Shown here: positions 35,735 to 48,610 of the stretch, piece after piece
How the letters are laid out: every line of letters begins with the position of its first letter
How positions within the stretch are numbered: the stretch's first letter is position 1
Assembly: GCA_963514005.1 (NCBI GenBank)
Contig: CAUPSL010001504.1
Location: forward strand, 1-64,000
DNA length: 64,000 nt
Origin: Raja brachyura
Taxonomy: Eukaryota
Reading direction: 5' to 3'
The notes under the pieces: model-generated
Database searches by the model: none
The model's input: only the letters and a program-made list of their open reading frames with translations
What the model was told of the DNA's origin: nothing
Made by a program: the position numbers and the translations under genes

Positions 35735-36243
35735 AGAACATAGAAAATAGGTGCAGGAGGAGGCCATTCGGCCCTTCGAGCCAGCACCGCCGTTCATTGT
35801 GATCATGGCTGATCATCCCGTATCAATAACCCGTGCCTGCCTTCTCCCCAGATCCCTTGACTCCACTAGCCCCTAGAGCTCTATCTAACTCTCTCTTAAA
35901 TCCACCCAGTGATTTGGCCTCCACTGCCCTCTGTGGCAGGGAATTCCATAAATTCACAACTCTCTGGGTGAAAACGTTTTTTTCTCACCTCAGTCTTAAA
36001 TGACCTCCCCTTTATTCTGAGACTGTGGCCCCTGGTCCTGGACTCGCCCAACATTGGGAACATTTTTCCTGCATCTAGCTTGTCCAGTCCTTGTATAATT
36101 GTATATGTTTCTATTAGATTCCCCCTCATCCTTCTAAACTCCAGTGAATACAAGCCTAGTCTTTTCAATCTTTCCTCATATGACAGTCCCGCCATCCCAG
36201 GGATCAATCTGGTGAACCTACGCTGCGCGGCCTCAATCACAAG
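35735..36243 (-). mobile_element. CR1 3' fragment (continues at 39634-39695 beyond the TIR element)
   Basis: ORF 35896-36315; the CR1 sequence caatcacaag|gatgtccttcc is split by the insertion. Confidence 0.88.
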
Positions 36244-36377
36244 CAAAGATGCTAGAGGAGCCAGATAGACCACTTGACCAAAAAGCCGTAGTGCGGTCAT
36301 GGGCTCACGGGTCATTGTTTTCGCGCCATTTTGGGAATCAAATATATGAGGGGTTTTATTTTTAATGGGCTTCTGTC

Positions 36378-37510
36378 ATGGCGTCCACATCTACCAGCGT
36401 AGCGAGCCGTTCTGCTATAGTGCTCGAATCGCCAATGTAAGCAATTCGAGCACTTTATAGCAGTCTTTCTTCAGGTTCCCCAGTAAAGACGAAAGGTAGG
36501 AAAACAATTATAACTTTCTGTCGTGTAGCCTGCCCGATCTCTTCCTATCGCTCAGATCGCGGAGCCGGGGGTCGCCAGAAGAACCGCTCCGATTGCTGGC
36601 CCGCGGACTATAAAACCCTGAAGCTGCGGTGTGCGGAGCTTCTAACCGCGGGCGCAGCGTGGACTTTCCCTCGCGGTGTATGGGATTCCTCGCCGGAGAA
36701 CAGCTCCGATCGCTGGCCCGTGGCCTATAACATCGTGAAGCCCCGGTCTCCAGTAGGATGCGGCCGATTCGGGACCTCCAAGCCGTGGAAATCCCGAATC
36801 GGCTTATGTTTAAGCTGGTTTGAAATGGTGTTTAAAATAGTATAAATGGTGTTAAAAATACACAATGTACATGGATCAGTGGTGTTTAAAATACACGATA
36901 AATGGTGTTATAGGGAACAACAACATGCCATGAGGAGCACACATTAAAGCCTTAATTTCCTCCCAACGTATGATGACTGTAGCATATACAATTCTTATGA
37001 TCCCAACAATATATTATATTATAAGACATGTTTTGGTACATGAGCAAGTTATTAGAAAGTCTTCGTTTATAGATCTAGACTTACCACAATAATAAAGGCA
37101 GACAAAATTTGTTGTCTACCTTTGATTTTCCAGCACCTGCAGTTCCTTCTTAAACAATAATATAGGTATCAATTTTTACACTGCTGTACATTTTTGGTTT
37201 TGTTCTTGTTGTAAGGCATGCATGGTCTTGTAAGCTCCTCTACATTTAAGATAAATTGACCTATTAGAGGAAAAATGCATCTTTAATATACATGTCTCTC
37301 CCCACCCCTGAAAGCATTTAAGTGACATATCATCCATTCTGCAGGTATGTAGTTATAATCAGATTTGTTCTTATAAGTTAATTCTATATGACATTTTACT
37401 GTAATTTCAGATGTCGACAGTGGGTCCAGAATACTCGTCGACATGATCTCCTACACCGAACTACGGAGTACTAGTCAAAGAACTGCCGTCTTTGTTCTGA
37501 ACACCCTGTA
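36378..37510 (+). pseudogene. THAP zinc-finger remnant, two exons (36378-36495; 37411-~37510)
   Basis: ...SFFRFPSKDE(R)|gtagg ... ttcag|(R)CRQWVQNTRRHDLLHRTTEY*SKNCRLCSEH, resembling the recalled THAP12/PRKRIR-type FFRFP..RC..WV.NCRR.DL...RLC..HF. Stop at 37472-37474. Confidence 0.8.
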
Positions 37511-38199
37511 TATCTCACACATAAAACAATAAATTATGTAAACCTTACCATAAATGACAGAAATAAAAAGTGTTATCCTTTTTTATGTATCTTGATGTAG
37601 AATTATTTAAAATTGAGTGGATTGATGCAATATGCTGCTAACCCACAAATGTTTAGTTATGAGATATTTACATCTAAAAACTCACTCGGTAGCTCGGGTG
37701 GCTGTGAACGGCTGCCGGGACTGGACAGCGGAACCGCCACTAGACCCAGGGCTCGCAGGTAACCTGGGAACTGCAGCTAGTCCCGGAGGGTCCTGGCCCT
37801 TATGCAAAAAAGGCTGCGGACCCCTGGACTAAACCAAACACTCGATCCTGTCCTGCCATCCTTTTTTCAAAATTTAGCAAACGGTGGTGCGTCTTCATTG
37901 CCGGGAAATACGGTAACTCATTTCCCTCAAATATATGTTAGATTTTCCTCAAATATATGTTAAATTAAAAATAAACTATGGTAGCAATGCACAGTATTCA
38001 TGTCTAAAGCTCGCACTTCTGCATCAATGTAGGTATGTATACACTATATTTCATTACACTAATATAGAATGAAAAAATATCTTGGCATGTGTTCATTGAT
38101 ATTTTATTCACAATATTAGGATTTTAGAGAGAGAGGTTGAATGAAAGAGAGAAAAATCAACAAAATTAGAGATCACAAGAAAGAAACTAGAGAAATATA

Positions 38200-38950
38200 T
38201 ATATGTTATATATTTATATACATCTATATCGCGCATGTATACGTATGATACATATATAATGCATATATGTGTTTATATACATATGTTATATGTTTATATA
38301 CATCTATATCGCGCATGGATACGTATCATATACATATATATAATGCATATATGTGTTTATATACATATGTTATATATTTACATACATCTATATCGCGCAT
38401 GGATACGTATCATACACACATATATAATGCATATATGTGTTTATATACATATGTTATATATTTACATACATCTATATCGCGCATGGATACGTATCATACA
38501 CACATATATAATGCATATATGTGTTTATATACATATGTTATATATTTACATACATCTATATCGCGCATGGATACGTATCATACACACATATATAATGCAT
38601 ATATGTGTTTATATACATATGTTATATATTTACATACATCTATATCGCGCATGGATACGTATCATACACACATATATAATGCATATATGTGTTTATATAC
38701 ATATGTTATATATTTACATACATCTATATCGCGCATGGATACGTATCATACACACATATATAATGCATATATGTGTTTATATACATATGTTATATATTTA
38801 CATACATCTATATCGCGCATGGATACGTATCATACACACATATATAATGCATATATGTGTTTATATACATATGTTATATATTTACATACATCTATATCAC
38901 ACATGGATACGTATCATACATATATATAATGCATATATGTGTTTATATAT
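38200..38950 (+). repeat. 84-bp AT-rich tandem repeat, ~9 copies, within the THAP element
   Basis: 28-aa periodicity in ORFs 38235 and 38267. Confidence 0.92.
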
Positions 38951-39799
38951 AAGAAACTAGAGAAATATGTATGTGTTTATATAATTATATACATCAATAT
39001 CACATTTATATGCGTGTGTCTCATATATACATATAATATAGATACGTGTTTATAATATATATGGCCAAATATAATTGCCTTCATGGCTTATGTTCCTTAT
39101 ATCTTGTAGGCAAAAAAAAGGCAAATATAATTGCCTTTATGGCTTATGTACATCATGAGAATAGCTCATGTACATCATGAGTTGCTTTAAATCAAAGTTG
39201 CTTCTGATCCATGAGGGAACTTTGAAATCTATTATCCCTATCTTGCCACTCACACACAGAAACACACACATACCGTTCCCCCCCAACACTGATTACACCA
39301 AAGATCATAGAATGCATATGGTCCAGAGACCTTTCATTGCGCATTGTCGCCCATTTTATACGCAGTTTCCCTTAAAATATATATATTTTTAAAGAAGCAC
39401 CTTATTTATTATAAACAAAGATCATAATGGTCCAACATAGAAGGCTAAAATAGGCCAAGATAAACTGCAAAGTTCAATGGACTGACGAGGATTAAACTGC
39501 GAGAGGCATAACGGGGATCGGGGACTTATTCCTAAAATGGTGGAAGTAACGTTCCGTTGCGTTCCGTTACGTACTACACGTCAATCCATTGGATTTCGTA
39601 GGAGTGGCCTATCTTGCTCCTCTAGTATCTTTGCGAACAAGGATGTCCTTCCTCAAATTAGGAGACCAAAACTGTACACAATACTCCAGATGTCGTTATA
39701 TCACCTTTGATCTCTCATTTTCACACCTCATCCTTGCTCATCTCCAGTCTCCCCCCCCCCCTCATCCGGGGCGGGATGACGATGGAGGCGGGACCTGGT

Positions 39800-40720
39800 G
39801 CTGATTGACGGCGGGAGCAGCCAGTGGCATTTATGCGGAAGGAGCGGAGGACCAATCACATGAAGGGGTCACTGATGGACAGCCACAGCACCCAATGGGG
39901 AGCGCGATTGCCGCGGGAGGGACGGAAGTGACGACTCACAGTGGAAGAGCGGGACCCGGTGCGGGAGTGCGGGGCGGGGCATCGGCCGGACCGGAACCGG
40001 ATTCGGTCTGCTGATGGACGTGGGCCAGAGCCAATGGGAGGGGCGGGAGCGGGTGGGCGGGAAGCCTGTGGTTGACGGGCGGGCGGCGCAGCCAATGAGA
40101 GACGCGAGGTGAGTGGGCGGGGACTGCGGACTGACCGGAGCCGGAAACGGAACGGTGACGGGCGGGCGGTGGACCCAATGGGAGGGGCAAGAGCGGGTGC
40201 GCGGGACATCTGTGGGTGATGGGCGGGCGGTGGAGCCAATGGGAGGGGCGGGAGCGAGTAGGCGGGACGCGCGCAGTTGACGGGCGGTCGGTGGAGCCAA
40301 TGGGAGGGGCGGGAGTGGGTGGGCGGGACGCGCGCAGTTGACGGGCGGTCGGTGGAGCCAATGGGAAGGGCGGGAGTGGGTGGGCGGGACGCCAGTGGGT
40401 GATGGGCGGGCGATGGAACCAATGGGAGGGGCGGGAGCGTGTGGGCGGGACGGCAGTGGGTGATGGGCGGGCGGTGGAACCAATGGGAGGGGCGGGAGCG
40501 TGTGGGCGGGACGGCAGTGGGTGATGGGCGGGCGGTGGAGCCAATGGGAAGGGCGGGAGCGGGGCGCGGCGCCCAATGGCGGGCCGAGGGGGGCGGGACT
40601 TTGCTGGTGTTGTTGTTGGCGATCTCAAAATGGCGGCGGCGGCGGAGCAGCGGCGGCAACAGCGCGGTGAGAGGGGGGGGGGGGGGGGAGGGGGAGGCGG
40701 CGGCGCGGTGAGGGTGAGGG
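39800..40720. promoter_or_regulatory. CpG-island promoter, possibly bidirectional, with a tandem ~61-bp CCAAT plus GC-box unit
   Basis: ~12 CCAAT boxes in ccaatgggaggggcgggag units; ETS-type cggaagt ~39923; YY1/Kozak-like aaaatggcggc at 40627. Confidence 0.75.
40590..40666 (+). other. Candidate first exon of an unidentified gene (possible ATG at 40630: MAAAAEQRRQQR)
   Basis: Downstream of the CCAAT/GC array; ends at cgcg|gtgaga donor, followed by G-rich intron-like sequence. Confidence 0.5.
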
Positions 40721-40859
40721 ACAAGGGGGGGGGCAGAGGGAGGAGCTGGGGTGAGGGCGAGGGGGGGGCAGAGGGAGGAGCTGGGTTTGAGGGTGAGGGG
40801 GGGGGGCTTAACAGGGTGGAGCTAAGGGGGGGGGGCTTTAATTCAAGGATCATTTACCG

Positions 40860-41780
40860 GCCCCTTTAAATCAGGGGGTTAATATTTCACTCAGTTGCGG
40901 CCTCTTTAATTCAGGGGGGTTAATATTCCTGCCCCTCTGTTCCAATGGGGCTGATATCTGCCTCATTTCCTGCCCTTTTGAATTCAGGGGGTCATTATTT
41001 GCCCCAATTCCTGATCTTTTAATTCAAAAGGCCAGTATTTGCCTCAATTGCCGCCCCTTTAATTCAGGGGGGGGTGATATTTGCCTCAATTTCTGCCCCT
41101 TTAATTCAAGGGATTACTATTTGGCCCAATTCCTGCCCCTTTAATTCAAGGGGTTGATATGTGCCTCAATTAGTGCCCCTTTAATGTATGTATTACTATT
41201 TGCCTCAATTCCTGCTCCTTTAATTCAAGGGGTTGATATTTACCCCATTTCCTGCCCCTTTAATTCAAGGGATTACTATTTACCCCAATTCCTGCCCCTT
41301 TAATTCAAGGGATTACTATTTACCCCAATTCCTGCCCCTTTAATTCAAGGGGTTGATATTTGCCTCAATTCCTGCCCCTTTAATTCAAGGGGTTGATATT
41401 TACCTAAATTCCTGCCCCTTTAATTCAAGGGGTTGATATTTACCTAAATTCCTGCCCCTTTAATTCAAGGGGTTGATATTTGCCCCAATTCTTGTCCCTT
41501 TAATTTATAGATTACTATTTACCCCAATTCCTGCCCCTTTAATTCAAGGGATTACTATTTGCCCCATTTCCTGCCCCTTTAATTCAGAAGGTTTGATATT
41601 TGACCCATTTTCTGCCCCTTTAATTGAGGGGGTTGTATTTTTGTCTAAATTTCCAATCCTTTATCTTTGGGGTTTGCATTATTTGCCCCCAATTTGAAGT
41701 GCTTTGTGTATTTGCTTAAGTTCACAACCCTTTGTTTAAAGGGGTTGACTTTTGCCCCAAACTGTGCCTTTAATTTAGGG
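40860..41780 (+). repeat. ~40-bp minisatellite (tttaattcaaggggttgatatttgcctcaattcctgcccc)
   Basis: Roughly 20 diverging copies. Confidence 0.9.
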
Positions 41781-41789
41781 GGTAACTCT

Positions 41790-42425
41790 TCATAACAAGA
41801 GGATTTCAGTATAGGAGTAAAGAGGTTCTTCTGCAGTTGTATAGGGCTCTGGTGAGACCACATCTGGAGTATTGTGTACAGTTTTGGTGTCCTAATTTGA
41901 GGAAGGACATCTTTGTGATTGAGGCTGTACAGCGTAAATTCAGGAGATTAATCCCTGGGATGGCGGGACTGTCATATGAGGAAAGATTGAAAAGACTAGG
42001 CTTGTATTCACTAGAGTTTAGAAGGATGAGGGGGAATCTTATAGAAACATATAAAATTATAAAAGGACTGGACAAGCTAGATGCAGGAAAAATGTTCCCA
42101 GTGTTGGGTGAGTCCAGAACCAGGGGCCACAGTCTTAGAATAAAGGGGAGGTAATTTAGGACTGAGCTGAGAAAAAACTTTTTTACCCAGAGAGTTGTGA
42201 ATTTATGGAATTCCCTGCCACAGAGGGCAGTGGAGGCCACATCACTGGAAGGATTTAAGAGAGTTAGATAGAGCTCTAGGGGCTAGTGGAGTCAAGGGAT
42301 ATGGGGAGAAGGCAGGCACAGGTTATTGATAGCGGACGATCAGCCATGATCGCAATGAATGGCGGTACTGGCTCAAAGGGCCGAATGGCCTCCTCCTGCA
42401 CCGATTTTGTATGTTTCTATGTTTC
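41790..42425 (+). mobile_element. 5'-truncated CR1
   Basis: ORF 41837-42154 plus tail. Confidence 0.9.
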
Positions 42426-43711
42426 AAAGGGTTGATATTTGCCTCAAGTCCAAGCACTTATAATTCATGGTTTGAGTATTTGCCCCAATGTCTGCCCAAT
42501 GCAGGGGATTGATATATTCTGGAGGGGGAGGGGGGTGAATGATGTTGTGGATGATCAGCCATGATCACATTAAATGGCCATGCTGGCTGAATGGCCTACT
42601 CATGCACCTGTTGCCTATTGACAGGGTGGGAGGGGTGTGGCAGAGTAGGTAGGTAGAGGGTGGGTGAGGGAGGGGTGTGACAGTTTGCGGGGGTGTTAGA
42701 GGGTGGGAGGGGGGGTGTGTGATGGGGAGGGGTGGGGGGCGGTGAGTTTGTGAGGGGTGTGACAGGGTGGGTGGTTGGGGGTGTGACATGTTGGGGGGGC
42801 TGTTTGATAGTGGGGGGGGGGTGTGTGTCAGGGTGGGTAGGTGGGGGCAGTTTCAGAATGAGGTTACAGTAGGATCTGGATCTCTGGAGAAGTGGGCAAA
42901 GGGAAGGCAGATGGAGTTTTGCGGCAGCTCCTCGTTGACTACCTCAGGGAACTGGAGCAGCAGCTGGATGACGCTAGGATGAGTCTGAAGAAGGGTCTCA
43001 ACCCGAAACGTCACCCATTCCTTCTCTCCAGAGATGCTGCCTGTCCCGCTGAGTTACTCCAGCACTTTTGTCTACAATCCCCTGCCATTCCTCTCCCAAA
43101 CTGGCCAGCTGCTTCGGGTTGTGTTGAGGAGGGAGTGATGGGTCAGGGGAGGGCAGCACTAGCCAGGGGTGTGATTGTGAGGCACAGCAGGCGGGGAAGG
43201 GTGTCAGGCACAGCCTTCGTGACAGGAGACTCCTCAGGTGAGTGTAGTTTGTTGTCACGTGTACAGAGGTACCGTGAAAAGCTTTTGTTGCGTGCTAACC
43301 AGTCAGCGGAAAGACAACACATTATTACAATCGAGCCGTCCACAGTGTACAGACACAGGATAAAGGGAATAACATGAATGATGTTTAGTGCAAGTTAGAG
43401 TCCAGTAAAGTCTGATCAAAGATAGTCTGAGGGTCTCCAACCAGGTTGATGGGAGGCCAGGACTGAGAGAGAATGCTTCAGTTGCCTGATAACAGCTGAG
43501 AAGAAACTGTCCGTGAATCTGGATGTGTGTGTTTTCAGCTGATGGGAGAGGGGAGAAGGGGGAGTGTCCGGGGTGTAACTAGTCCTTGATTATGTTGCTG
43601 GGCTTGTCAGGGTTAGTTAGGGGCAGGACATTCTATGGGACATTCTGTGGGAGGAGGGTGTGATGCCTTCCTGGCCTCAGGATGTCTGACATTCTCCAGG
43701 GGAGGGGGAGC

Positions 43712-44248
43712 AATAGGTGCAGGAGGAGGCCATTTGGCCCTTCCAGCCAGCACCACCATTCACTGTGATCATGGCTGATCATCCCCAATCAGTACCCCGT
43801 TCCTGCCCTCTCCCCATATCCCCTGACTCCTCTATCTTTAAGAGCTCTATCTAACTCTCTCTTGGAAGCATCCAGAGAACCGGCCTCCACCGCCCTCTGA
43901 GACAGACTCACAACTCTCTGGGTGAAAAAGTGTTTCCTTATCTCCGTTCTAAATGGCTTACCCATTATTCTTAAACTGTGGCCCCTGGTTCTGGACTCCC
44001 CAACATCGGGAACATGTTTCCTGCCTCTAGCGTGTCCAATCCCTTAATAATCTTACATGTTTCAATAAGGTCCCCTCTCATCCTTCTAAACTCTAGCGTG
44101 TACAAGCCCAGCTGCTCTATTCTCTCATCATTTGACAGTCCCGCCAATCTGGGAATTAACCTGGTGAACCTACGCTGCACTCCCTCAATAGCAAGAATGT
44201 CCTTCCTCAAATTTGGAGACCAAAACTGCACACAATACTCCAGGTGTA
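43712..44248 (-). mobile_element. CR1 3' fragment
   Basis: ORF 43971-44231. Confidence 0.85.
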
Positions 44249-46135
44249 TTCCAGTGGAAACTGGCCAGGAATATAAAGAAGGACAGTAAAAGCTTCTTTA
44301 GATATGTTAAGGGAAAAAGAGTAGCAAAGTTAAATGTGGGTCCCTTGAAGGCAGACACGGGTGAAATTATTATGGGCAACAAGGAAATGGCAGAAGAGTT
44401 GAACAGGTACTTCGGATCTATCTTCACTAAGGACGACAGAAACAATCTCCCAGATGTACTGGAGGACAGAGGATCTAAGGGGGTAGAGGAACTGAAAGAA
44501 ATTTTCATTAGGGCGAGAAATAGTATTGGGTAGGCTAATGGGACTGAAGGATGATAAATCCCCCTGGGCCTGATGGTCTGCATCCCAGGGTCCTCAGGGA
44601 GGTGGCTCTAGAAAAAGTGGACGCATTGGTGATCATTTTCCAATGTTCGATAGATTCAGGATTAGTACCTGTGGATTGGAGGATAGCTAATGTTATCCCA
44701 CTTTTCAAGAAAGGAGCGAGAGAAAAAACGGGGAATTACAGACCAGTTAGCCTGACTTCGGTGGTGGGAAAGATGCTGGAGTCAATTATTAAAGAGGTAA
44801 TAATGGAGCATTTGGATAGCGGTAAAAGGATTAGTCCAAGTCAACATGGATTTATGAAAGGGAAATCATGCTTGAGTAATTTTCTGGAATTTTGTGAGGA
44901 TGTGACAAGTAAAATGGATGAAGGGGAGCCAGTGGATGTAGTGTATCTAGACTTTCAGAAAGCCTTTGATAAGGTCCCGCACGGGAGTCTGGCGACTAAA
45001 ATTAGAGCACATGGTATTGGGGGTAGGGTGTTGACATGGATAGAAAATTGGTTGGCAAATAGGAAGCAAAGAGTAGGAGTGAACGGGTCCTTTTCACAAT
45101 GGCGGGCAGTGGCGAGTGGAGTGCCGCAAGGCTCGGTGTTGGGGCCGCAACTGTTTACCATATATATTAATGATTTGGAAAAGGGAATTAGGAGCAACAC
45201 TAGCAAGTTTGCGGATGACACAAAGCTGGGTGGCAGTGTGAACTGTGAAGAGGATGTTAGGAGGTTGCAGGGGGGCCTGGACAGGTTGAGTGAGTGGGCA
45301 GATGCATGGCAGGTGCAGTATAATATAGATAAATGTGAGGTTATCCACTTTGGCGGCAAAAACAAGGGGGCAGATTATTATCTCAATGGGGTTAGGTTAG
45401 GTAAGGGGGAGGTACAGCGAGACCTGGGTGTCCTTGTACACCAGTCACTGAAAGTTGGCGTGCAGGTACAGCAGGCAGTGAAGAAAGCTAATGGAATGTT
45501 GGCCTTCATAACAAGAGGATTTCAGTACAGGAGTAAAGAGATCCTTCTGCAGTTGTATAGGGTTCTGGTGAGACCACATCTGGAGTATTGTGTACAGTTT
45601 TGGTCTCCTAATTTGAGGACATCCTTGTGATTGAGGCTGTACAGCGTAGGTTCACGAGATTGATCCCTGGAATGGCGGCACTGTCATATGAGGAAAGATT
45701 GAATAGACTAGGCTTGTATTCACTGGAGTTTAGAAGGATGAGGGGGATCTTGTAGAAACATATAAAATTATAAAAGGACTGGACAAGCTAGATGCAGGAA
45801 AAATGTTCCCAATGTTGGGTGAGTCCAGAACCAGGGGCCACAGCCTTAGAATAAAGGGGAGGTCATTTAAGACTGATGTGAGTAAAAAAGATTTTACCCA
45901 GGGAGTTGTGAATTTATGGAATTCCCTGCCACAGAGGGCAGTGGAGGCCAAATCACTGGATGGATTTAGGAGAGAGTTGGATGGAGCTCTAGGGGCTAGT
46001 GGAGTCAAGGGATATGGGGAGAAGGCAGGCACGGGTTATTGATAGCGGACGATCAGCACATGATCACAATGAATGGCGGTGCTGGCTCGAAGGGCCAAAT
46101 GGCCTCCTCCTGCACCTATTTTCTATGTTTCTATG
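44249..46135 (+). mobile_element. CR1 ORF2 RT fragment (frameshifted)
   Basis: ORFs 44213-44533, 44551-45630 (FADD) and 45803-46042. Confidence 0.92.
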
Positions 46136-46204
46136 TGTGGTCTCACTAGGGCCCTGTACAACTGCAGAAGGACCTCTTTGGTCCTATATTCGATTCCTCC
46201 TGTT

Positions 46205-47000
46205 ATGAGTCCTTGTGAACGTCGGCACAAATAACTCCTGCAGAGTGAACAGAGGGAGTTAGGCAGGACCTCCAGCGTGGTGTTCTCCGGATTACTGCCT
46301 GTGCCACGTGCTAGTGAGGGTAGGGACAGAAAGATAGCTCAGCTGAATGTGTGGCTGAGGAGTTGGTGCAGGGGGCAGGGATTCTGATTTCTGGACCATT
46401 CTGCGGCAGAGGTGACTGCCTCACAGCGCATGCAGCGCTGGAGACCCAGGTTCCATCGGGTGCTATCTGTATGGAGTTTGCACGTTCTCCCCGTGACCTG
46501 CATGGGTATTCCCTGGGATTTTCGGTTTCCTACCACACTCCAAAGACGTGCCGGTTTGTAGGTTAATTGGCTAGGTGAATGTAAAAATTGTCCCTAGTGG
46601 GTGTAGGATAGTGTTAATGTGCGGGGATCGCTGGTCAGCCTCGTGGGCTGAAGGGCCCGTTTCCGCTCTGCAACTCTAAACTATACTAAACCTGAACTGG
46701 AGAGGGGATCAGAGTCCTGGCAGGCAGGTTTGCTTGTGCTGCACTGGTGGGGTTAAACTAGGTTGGGAAGGAGGGAGGAATGGGGAGGGGGATCCAATGC
46801 AGGACGGAGTCAGTTGCAAGACGGTCTGGAGAGTGATGAGAGAAGGTGTAGTGGGCAGAACGGGCAGGAGCATGGCAGGGAGAGTGGAAGGGGTTGCTGG
46901 ATTGAATTGTGCTGGAGGCCTGACGGGTAAGGCACATGAAGTCAGGGCATGGATAGGTCCGTGTGACTGGGACATTGTTATAGGCCGTTACAGAAAGCTG
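46205..47000 (+). mobile_element. Older CR1 ORF1 (SGNH esterase-like) and ORF2-start remnants
   Basis: VNVGTN, RTSSVVFSGLLPVPRASEGRDRKIAQLNVWLRSWCRGQG and GKAHEVRAWIG..DWDIV. Confidence 0.7.
46402..46695 (+). mobile_element. tRNA-derived V-SINE (HE1-like)
   Basis: V-domain tggagtttgcacgttctccccgtg...ggtttcct.ccacactccaaagac, a CR1-type tail gggctgaagggcccgtttcc and (ctaaa)n-like end. Confidence 0.8.
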
Positions 47001-47436
47001 GCTGTGAGAGGGGCTACTCTGCAGCTTCAGGGGCTACAGGGGAGGAAGAAGGTGGACAGAAATGCTGGAGAAACTCAGCGGGTGAGGCAGCATCTATGGA
47101 GTGAAGGGATAGGCGACATTTCGGGTCGAGACCCTTCTTCAGACTGATGTGGGGGAGGGGGCGGGAAGAAGAAAGGAAGAGGCGGAGACAGTGGGCTGTG
47201 GGAGAGCTGGGAAGGGGAGGGGAAGGAGAGAGAAAGCAGGGACTACCTGAAATTGGAGAAGTCAATGTTCATACCGCTGGGGTGTAAACTACCCAAGTGA
47301 AATATGAGGTGCTGCTCCTCCAATTTGAAGTGGGACTCACTCTGGCCATGGAGGAGGCCCGGGACAGAAAGGTTGGATTGGGAATGGGAGATAGGAATGA
47401 AAACAGGAGGATCACCTTGTTAAGGAGCAGGACCTC

Positions 47437-48564
47437 AATGTACAAGTCGGCAGACAACGGGGGTAAAAGCGTGCCCAACGTCGCCCTCATCCTGATGGCC
47501 ACCTTCGTGTGTGGCTGCATCAGGCGGAGTGTAGAGCCAAGGCACGTGGGCACCAAGTGTCACTACCTGCTGAGGTTCTACCTGTCCCCGGTGTTGCGAA
47601 GGATGGGCCTGGCGCAGATGCCACGCAATGTGCCAGTCAGCTGGTCACTGCCGCCCCATCTGTCGTCTGTGGAAAGGTTCTTCCGGACCAACACCTTTGA
47701 CCACATGTCCATTGGGCAGTGGTCAGCACAGAATGTCCTGCAGGTACTGCAGGGAAAGGACTCGATGGACCCGGTGGCGTGGTTCCCTGAGCAGACTGCC
47801 CAGCTTGTCTGGCAAAATGCCTCATCGCCAGAACTCACCAACAAGCACCAAGACCTGGCTTGGCTGGCGGTGAGGGGAGCCCTCCCAGTCAGATCCTTCC
47901 TGCACCATCGGAACCTCACTACCAGCGCACGCTGCCCTCGGGACGGCTGCTATGGAGTGGAGACGGTCGCCCACCTCTTTGCAGAGTGTGGATTTGCCCA
48001 AAGAGTCTGGAGAAAAATGCAAGGGTCCCTGGTACGCTTTATTCCAAACAGCTCTGTCACAGAGGACTCTGTGATTTACGGACTGTTCCCAGGGACACAT
48101 TCAGAGACTGACATCAAGTGCTGCTGGAAGGTTATCAACTCGGTGAAAGACGCTCTCTGGTCTGCCCGAGCTTTGTTCACCACCCAGCAGAGCGAGATGT
48201 CCGTCGGGGAATGTTGCCGACTGGCCCACTGCAGACTGCAGGAGTACGTACTAAGGGACGCACTGAAGCTCGGTGCAGCCAACGCCAAGGCTCGGTGGGG
48301 GAGGGCCACAGTCTAAGGTCCTTCCGCTGCTGGACATGGGGGCACTGTATGGTGGAGACGCCCCTCAAAATAAGGGAAGGTATCCCATGCCGGGGGGCCA
48401 CATGAGTGGCACGGGTGGGGGATTAATTAGTAAAATTTGAAAAATGTATATAGACTGCATGGAAGAATTTGTATAGCCTCCGAAAATGTCGGATGGATTT
48501 TTCGCACGGTTGATGTATTGTAAATATTTATTACTTGAATAAAGTCTATTTTGAAATAAAAAAA
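47437..48564 (+). mobile_element. 5'-truncated L1-Tx1 clade LINE (ORF2 C-terminal zinc knuckle)
   Basis: LAWLAVRGALPV...CPRDGCYGVETVAHLFAECGFAQRVW; AATAAA plus poly(A); TSD aggacctc at 47429-47436 and 48565-48572. Confidence 0.88.
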
Positions 48565-48610
48565 AGGACCTCCAGCATGGTGATCTCCGGGTTACTCCCG
48601 GTACAACAGG

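Larger units (their letters stand above)
36244..39633 (+). mobile_element. 3.4-kb TIR DNA transposon derivative with a degenerate, intron-split THAP domain (P-element or THAP-hAT like)
   Basis: 30-bp TIRs caaagatgctagaggagccagatagaccac / gtggcctatcttgctcctctagtatctttg; imperfect TSD (atcacaag / cgaacaag); THAP exons inside. Confidence 0.85.

Noticed and set aside
38235-38960. 241-aa and 220-aa repetitive ORFs
   Set aside because: Translations of an 84-bp satellite.
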